From Thalassolituus maritimus (GTDB lineage: Bacteria > Pseudomonadota > Gammaproteobacteria > Pseudomonadales > Oceanobacteraceae), in NCBI RefSeq assembly GCF_040372045.1, contig NZ_BAABWH010000002.1: 32,000 nt of DNA; one strand, 5' to 3'. Of this stretch, positions 27,361-32,000 are shown in pieces. The translations under genes were made by a program, and so were the position numbers. Under the pieces are notes generated by a model that did no database searches, was not told the DNA's origin, and worked only from the letters and a program-made list of their open reading frames with translations. Position 1 is the stretch's first letter, and each line of letters begins with the position of its first letter.

Positions 27361-28446
27361 ATGAATACAACAAATACCACATTCCCAGTTATCAATGGGG
27401 CCTTCTTACTTACGAACCAAAAAACCCAACGTTACATTAAATTCGTACTGGCCTTTCCCCTTTTACTCGTCGGCATTATTTACGGTGCGATTGCCACACA
27501 TAAATACATGGAATATTACGCAGAGCTACCGATTGGGACTTTTCTTATCGCCGCCCTGCTTATTCTGACAAGCGTTGCCATCGTAAATACCAACCGCACT
27601 ACGTATCTGTCTGGTGACGGTCGCAAATTATTCAAGCAAACACAGATCTTTTCATATAAGTTTCGCTCCACTCAACCGCTAACGGTGTTCAGTCATGTGG
27701 GGCTGGAAAAAGTGGTTAGCTATGACAACGACAGGAAAAAAGCGACCACCACCTATCATGTCATCCTGAAGAACAAGCACTACGATACAGAGCTCTCGTC
27801 TGACAACGAGATCGTCACTGCCAGGAATAAAGCAGAACAGATAGCAAAACATTTCAGTGTCCCTGTATATGACAATACCCATGACGAGCTACGAATTCGC
27901 CAGCCTGACGAGCTGGATTCCGTTCTGGCGCCCGAGCTTATCGATACACCAGAGCCACCGGATGGCTCACGTCTGAGCGTGCAAAAGACAGAGCATGGGA
28001 TCGACATTTTTATGCCCAAGCAACCCCTGTTAACTCCTTTTATCATCGCGCGCGTCTCGGGCTTGGTTATGTTTTACATCGTCACCAGTGTGATGATTTT
28101 GAAGCCTCCTGTCCCACTGGAGCTATCTCTGCAGTTTCATGGTCTCGTTCTGTTCTTTGCTCTGCTTATCTACGGCAGGAACATATACCCCCGAACGGTA
28201 CGTAAAAAACTCTCAATTACAAAGGAAGGTGTGTATTACAAAGGCTCGCCGTACCATAAAAGTACCCTTATCGACCTCTCATTTATAGAGGAGTTGATCC
28301 TCGAAAAAGGCCGGCGCCTGATCCTGATTTCAGACAATCAACAAATCACTATTGAAGTGACTGGAACCGACGCTGATGCCGAATTCCTACAACGACTAAT
28401 AAAATGGGTCATAGCCAATACGGCAAATACGCCCGTCCAAGAATGA
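27361..28446 (+). CDS. Hypothetical integral membrane protein with four predicted TM helices arranged as two (2-TM + soluble beta-rich domain) units
   Basis: 361-aa ORF. TM1 is FVLAFPLLLVGIIYGAIA, TM2 IGTFLIAALLILTSVAIV, TM3 FIIARVSGLVMFYIVTSVMIL and TM4 LQFHGLVLFFALLIYG. Each TM pair is followed by about 100 aa of soluble sequence. No terminator separates it from waaA, and a strong terminator follows it. Hand counts give 23-31 G+C per 60 nt, against about 33 in waaA. Confidence 0.65.
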   Translation: MNTTNTTFPVINGAFLLTNQKTQRYIKFVLAFPLLLVGIIYGAIATHKYMEYYAELPIGTFLIAALLILTSVAIVNTNRTTYLSGDGRKLFKQTQIFSYKFRSTQPLTVFSHVGLEKVVSYDNDRKKATTTYHVILKNKHYDTELSSDNEIVTARNKAEQIAKHFSVPVYDNTHDELRIRQPDELDSVLAPELIDTPEPPDGSRLSVQKTEHGIDIFMPKQPLLTPFIIARVSGLVMFYIVTSVMILKPPVPLELSLQFHGLVLFFALLIYGRNIYPRTVRKKLSITKEGVYYKGSPYHKSTLIDLSFIEELILEKGRRLILISDNQQITIEVTGTDADAEFLQRLIKWVIANTANTPVQE

Positions 28447-28460
28447 CGAACCTCTCACCA

Positions 28461-28498
28461 AAACGCCCGCGCTGGTACCAACCAACGCGGGCGTTTTT
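28461..28498. terminator. Bidirectional rho-independent terminator (membrane protein gene / speE)
   Basis: Stem aaacgcccgcg (28461..28471), a 14-nt loop containing the mini-palindrome tggtacca, stem cgcgggcgttt (28486..28496), then TT. It lies between convergent stops at 28446 and 28520. Confidence 0.75.
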
Positions 28499-28519
28499 AG
28501 GCACAAGTAACGCAGGCCC

Positions 28520-29374
28520 TTACTTCATCAAAACCTTAACGTAATTCGGCAGTGCAAAGCTGGCGACGTGCACTTCTGGGTTGTAGTAGCGAGTCTCGAT
28601 GCCAGCAGCATCGTAGCGCGCCTGAATTTGTTCAACCGACTGCTTGCGCAGAGACTCGTCGTCAGTCGCCCATGCCAAAGTCATAAAGCCACCCGCGTAG
28701 GTTGGCACTGGCATCACATAGAAGCTGGCTTCGTTGTAGAGTTTGCTCAGACGCTGGTAGGTGTTCGTCACTTCATCGCCCTGCATAAAGGGCACGCCAT
28801 TCTGAGCTACCATAATGCCGCCTTCATTGAGGCACTTCTTCTCATCGGCGTAGAAGTCAGAAGTGAACAGCACTTCACCCGGACCGATCGGGTCGGTGGA
28901 ATCAGAGATGATCACGTCGAACTTGTCAGTGCAATTAGCCACGAAGTCTTTACCGTCGGCGATCACGATGTTGGCTTTCGGATCGTCGTAGGCGCCATCG
29001 GAATGTTTCGGGAAGTACTCTTTACACATGTCGATCACGCTCTGGTCGATCTCGACCTGAGTCACGTGCTCCACATTTTTGTGGCGCAGAACCTCGCGCA
29101 GGATACCGCCATCACCGCCGCCGATGATCAACACGCGCTTTGGATTCGGGTGCGCCAGCATGGGCACATGAACCATCATCTCGTGGTAGATGAACTCGTC
29201 TTTTTCTGTAGTCTGAACGACACCGTCGAGCAGCATGACACGACCCAGAAAGGGTGTTTCAAAGATCTCAAGGTGCTGGTGTTCAGTCTTCACCTCAAAC
29301 AATAAATCACTGACTGTGAAAGATTGTGCGTAGTCGTCATAGAGACGCTCGCGGACGAATTGGTTCTCGCTCAT
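28520..29374 (-). CDS. speE: Spermidine synthase (polyamine aminopropyltransferase)
   Basis: 284 aa. It has VLIIGGGDGGILREVLRH, VEIDQSVID, DVIISDSTDPIGPGEVLF and SFYVMPVPTYAGGFMTLAWA, which is the canonical SpeE motif set. The antisense ORF 28568..29305 is a shadow. Confidence 0.93.
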   Translation of the reverse strand: MSENQFVRERLYDDYAQSFTVSDLLFEVKTEHQHLEIFETPFLGRVMLLDGVVQTTEKDEFIYHEMMVHVPMLAHPNPKRVLIIGGGDGGILREVLRHKNVEHVTQVEIDQSVIDMCKEYFPKHSDGAYDDPKANIVIADGKDFVANCTDKFDVIISDSTDPIGPGEVLFTSDFYADEKKCLNEGGIMVAQNGVPFMQGDEVTNTYQRLSKLYNEASFYVMPVPTYAGGFMTLAWATDDESLRKQSVEQIQARYDAAGIETRYYNPEVHVASFALPNYVKVLMK

Positions 29375-29569
29375 GAGAATGCCCTGCGGGTAAGGAAATA
29401 AGGTGCGCGATTATAACCACCGTCCAAGTCTTAGACTAGCGACACAGGGTTAAACGCTCCAACCACTAAAAAGCCTAACGTAAATTTACATGTGTTTACT
29501 ATCTGACCAATAACACTACCGTTATATTTGTTCCAGCTGAATAACAGCTCCAAAGCAAAAGGATTGCAC

Positions 29570-30505
29570 ATGAAAACAAGAATATTCGCTCTAACCCCGC
29601 TCGTTATCGCTCTGTTTGGCTGTGGAGCCGACGAGAACAGTAACAACCAGAACGAAGGCATGCTCACTTTGAATGAGCTCGAAGCAGCACTTCCCATATC
29701 GGCACAGAGTACAAACAGCAACGGCCTCACAGGACTCTGGCTTATGCAGTTTACGTCACAGCTTGCAGTCGACAACGCAACGGAAAATGACGAAACAGCA
29801 CAACTTCATTACCTCCACGGACGGCAGGTTACGCTCATCACTGAAACTGATGACGGTTTTACAACCAGTTTCTGTGGAAGCTCTGCATTTCATGGAGATA
29901 TCAATTTTTCAAAGACAACAGAGGCGGAAGAGTCAACCTATTCTGCAGGTGTTGTCTCGGATACAACGCACTTCAACCTCAACATCAGTGACAACCTTGA
30001 AATGGAAGGTGACCTGATGATTCCGCTAGAGAACAACGTTGTTGGAACCTATCATCTTCTTGGCCTTAAGCTCAGCGACTCCACAACATTTGCTGGTGCG
30101 AGTAACGAATTGGATATCGACGCTAGCCTTACACTGGACGGTGAGCAGTACGAATTCTCAGAGCTTGGGCAAACTCTGACTTGTATCGGTGATAGTACTG
30201 GCACGGCAACAGACTTCCCGTCTGACACACAAACTCCTGCAAGTTACTCAGGGCTCAGCACAACAGGGGGAGCTACCATCGCAGTCAGCTTTGCTCTGGG
30301 CGAGCTTGAATGCCCATTAGGTACAGATGATAGTGGTGATGATGTAACAGCTATTGCATGTGATGGTATAAGCACATCGGAGATTCAAGGCACTCCGTTC
30401 GATGATGAGGATACAATACTCAACACAGGTTTCCGTGTTCTACCGAGCGAAAGCCCTGAACAAATATTTGAATTTAGCGCCACCATCAGTGCCCCTGAAG
30501 CCTGA
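29570..30505 (+). CDS. Hypothetical lipoprotein (311 aa), acidic and Thr/Ser/Asp-rich
   Basis: ORF 29528..30505 trimmed to ATG 29570, with AAAGGA upstream. Signal plus lipobox is MKTRIFALTPLVIALFGC. I recognise no domain. The minus-strand ORF 29431..29775 is a shadow. Confidence 0.65.
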   Translation: MKTRIFALTPLVIALFGCGADENSNNQNEGMLTLNELEAALPISAQSTNSNGLTGLWLMQFTSQLAVDNATENDETAQLHYLHGRQVTLITETDDGFTTSFCGSSAFHGDINFSKTTEAEESTYSAGVVSDTTHFNLNISDNLEMEGDLMIPLENNVVGTYHLLGLKLSDSTTFAGASNELDIDASLTLDGEQYEFSELGQTLTCIGDSTGTATDFPSDTQTPASYSGLSTTGGATIAVSFALGELECPLGTDDSGDDVTAIACDGISTSEIQGTPFDDEDTILNTGFRVLPSESPEQIFEFSATISAPEA

Positions 30506-30528
30506 TCCACGCGCTTAACGAGAAATAG

Positions 30529-30556
30529 AAAAGGCCAGCAATTGCTGGCCTTTTTC
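30529..30556. terminator. Bidirectional rho-independent terminator (lipoprotein gene / hydrolase gene)
   Basis: Perfect palindrome aaggccagcaa/ttgctggcctt (30531..30552), flanked by an A run and by TTTCTTT. It lies between convergent stops at 30505 and 30582. Confidence 0.8.
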
Positions 30557-30581
30557 TTTACTGCTTTGTGCGAACCTTAAC

Positions 30582-31520
30582 TTACTGATTCAACAGCAGG
30601 ATAAAGTCCTTCAGGTCCTGAGCGGTTTCTTTCGGCGCTTCAAGCTGTGGCAAGTGACCAATACCTTCCATCTTGATGGTTGTCACGTTCTGCATCAACT
30701 GCTCGAGTACGTCAGTCGCACCATGGTGCAGAACACGATCTTCCAGGCCCCATACGAGCAGGGTCGGCGTTTCCATACCTGTTACCCGTTCTTCTACGCT
30801 ATCTGCCTTAATCTGCGCGAAGATGTTCTGCTCGAGGTCAAAGTTAGCAATGCGCTTTTGAGCCATCTGATCAAGTACGAAGCCCGGTACGAAAGGCGGC
30901 TCGCTCATCACCATGTCGAACACATCGCGGAACTCGCTTTCTGTTTTCGCCGTCAGTGGGTTCACGCCTGTCTCCGCAATGATTTCCATCATTTCAGACT
31001 CAGGAGCAGACCAGACACCGCCCGGATCGAGCAACCACAGGCTTTTCACTTCCGCTGGGTAAAGAGCAGCGTAGGTCATGGCGATGTGCCCACCCATAGA
31101 GCTCCCGCCCATGTGAATTTTTCGCTCAAGGTTCAGTTCGGTGAACAGCGCATGTAAGCGCTTAGCCTGAGCAGTCGGCGAATAATCGGCTGTTTTCGGC
31201 TTAGAAGACTCACCAAAGCCAATATGATCAGGAATGATCAGGTGGAAATCTTTCAGGTAAGGAGCAGACTCAGTGAAGTTATCTTTATCCGCACCAAAGC
31301 CATGCAAGAGCACCAGCGTCTCAGCGTCGGTGTTATCTGACTCCAGATATACGTATTTCAGACCACTCGGCAGAACAATCTCTTTTTCTTCGAGGTTACC
31401 CAGGCAACGTTTTACATCGACCAGAAACTCAGCAGTTTTTGCCGGAATGAAAAGTACGGCGCTCATGATGCCGAGGACAGCCACCAGAACGACTGCGGCA
31501 GCGATTTTGACCAATTTCAT
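30582..31520 (-). CDS. Membrane-anchored alpha/beta-fold hydrolase
   Basis: 312 aa. It has an N-terminal anchor (MKLVKIAAAVVLVAVLGIMSAVLFI), LLHGFGADKDNF, the nucleophile elbow GGSSMGGH (GxSxG), and a C-terminal GIGHLPQLE (catalytic His). Substrate is unknown. Confidence 0.85.
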   Translation of the reverse strand: MKLVKIAAAVVLVAVLGIMSAVLFIPAKTAEFLVDVKRCLGNLEEKEIVLPSGLKYVYLESDNTDAETLVLLHGFGADKDNFTESAPYLKDFHLIIPDHIGFGESSKPKTADYSPTAQAKRLHALFTELNLERKIHMGGSSMGGHIAMTYAALYPAEVKSLWLLDPGGVWSAPESEMMEIIAETGVNPLTAKTESEFRDVFDMVMSEPPFVPGFVLDQMAQKRIANFDLEQNIFAQIKADSVEERVTGMETPTLLVWGLEDRVLHHGATDVLEQLMQNVTTIKMEGIGHLPQLEAPKETAQDLKDFILLLNQ

Positions 31521-31688
31521 GCTTACTCCTTTGAATGGGGTCTGTTAAGAACATGCCGGCACAATCATAGGCCTTTGATTACCACGATCCCATATCTTTT
31601 CCGGACAGATTTACCCACACCCAAAAGAACGAGAGGCGCTATCGGAGCGCTACCATCGGCAGGTGTGTTGCAGGCCAGTCGGTTTGTC

Positions 31689-31704
31689 TGTGACAAATTT
31701 GACA
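31689..31704. promoter_or_regulatory. CRP/Vfr-like binding site candidate (TGTGA-N6-TGACA)
   Basis: tcTGTGAcaaattTGACAga matches 9 of 10 core positions of TGTGA-N6-TCACA. It lies in the 321-nt divergent intergenic region between the hydrolase gene and the right-edge lipoprotein gene. Confidence 0.35.
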
Positions 31705-31841
31705 GAAACAGCGGAGTTTAAAGCGAGTTCTGTGACCCCCTGCTCAAATTAATATATTTGTCATTAAGCACCCATTTTCTTTCAGAGGTAGCTTGATATG
31801 GTAATCAGCCATTCAGCGAATTCTTCAGAAAAGGAGTTGTT

Positions 31842-32000
31842 ATGAAAGCCAGACGCTCTGTCTTATCTTCGCTTGTTCTGTCGCTTACCGTCGGCCTGGC
31901 AGGTTGTATGAGTGACAATACGAACGCCGAACATACCCACGAGAATACCTCTCCGGCGGGAGTCTGGTTCATCAGTAGCATCATCTCAGACACAACAAAC
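31842..32000 (+). CDS. Lipoprotein of unknown function (first 53 codons; continues past the right window edge)
   Basis: Not in the ORF track because no stop lies within the window. AAGGAG (31831..31836) is followed 5 nt later by ATG 31842. The product starts MKARRSVLSSLVLSLTVGLAGCMSDNTNAEHTHENTSPAGVWFISSIISDTTN, with a classical lipobox (LAGC). The minus-strand ORF 31805..31993 is its shadow. Confidence 0.7.
   Translation, partial: MKARRSVLSSLVLSLTVGLAGCMSDNTNAEHTHENTSPAGVWFISSIISDTTN

Noticed and set aside
31687-31705. LexA (SOS) box reading of CTGTGACAAATTTGACAG.
   Set aside because: The spacing is CTG-N12-CAG, not the CTG-N10-CAG of gammaproteobacterial SOS boxes. The CRP-type half-sites TGTGA/TGACA fit better, and even that is only a candidate.
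1-32000. Window-wide search by eye for CRISPR repeats, tRNA/rRNA genes, IS elements, integrases, phage or defence-island genes, and toxin-antitoxin pairs.
   Set aside because: I found none. Intergenic regions are short and are accounted for by promoters and terminators. The only repeats are the 15-bp in-frame tandem repeat and the intragenic DUF4397 module repeats.

Overview
The window reads as ordinary core chromosome of a gammaproteobacterium. GC is roughly mid-50s % by hand counts. The left-end gene order engB / cytochrome c5 / dsbA / EEP-family gene / GGDEF cyclase resembles, as I recall it, the Pseudomonas engB-cc-dsbA-PA5488-dgcP neighbourhood.

I can support 24 protein-coding genes plus one 48-codon candidate. 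Two of the genes are missing from the ORF track because they run off the window edges: engB on the left and a lipoprotein gene on the right. I also call one aldehyde-dehydrogenase gene remnant, six rho-independent terminators, a near-consensus Fur box overlapping a sigma70-like promoter upstream of fumC, a CRP-like half-palindrome, and one in-frame 15-bp tandem repeat.

Recognisable blocks:
- envelope redox and c-di-GMP genes (cytochrome c5, dsbA, EEP, GGDEF; a separate EAL gene)
- glmS, fumC, rep and comM
- an S8 subtilase
- an LPS core / lipid A cluster: hldE-hldD-lpxL-SDR, divergent from waaA
- speE and an alpha/beta hydrolase

I saw no tRNA, rRNA, CRISPR array, transposase, integrase, phage gene or toxin-antitoxin pair. 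I did not find a convincing multi-gene novel system and do not want to overstate one.

The items most worth a second look are:
- the glmS 3' flank, which holds an orphan secreted protein gene plus a decayed ALDH gene
- an AT-richer orphan 4-TM protein gene apparently co-transcribed with waaA
- several domain-less lipoproteins
- an SDR gene packed tightly into the heptose / lipid A operon
- an unannotated small membrane ORF

All homology statements come from my own motif recognition, not from database searches.
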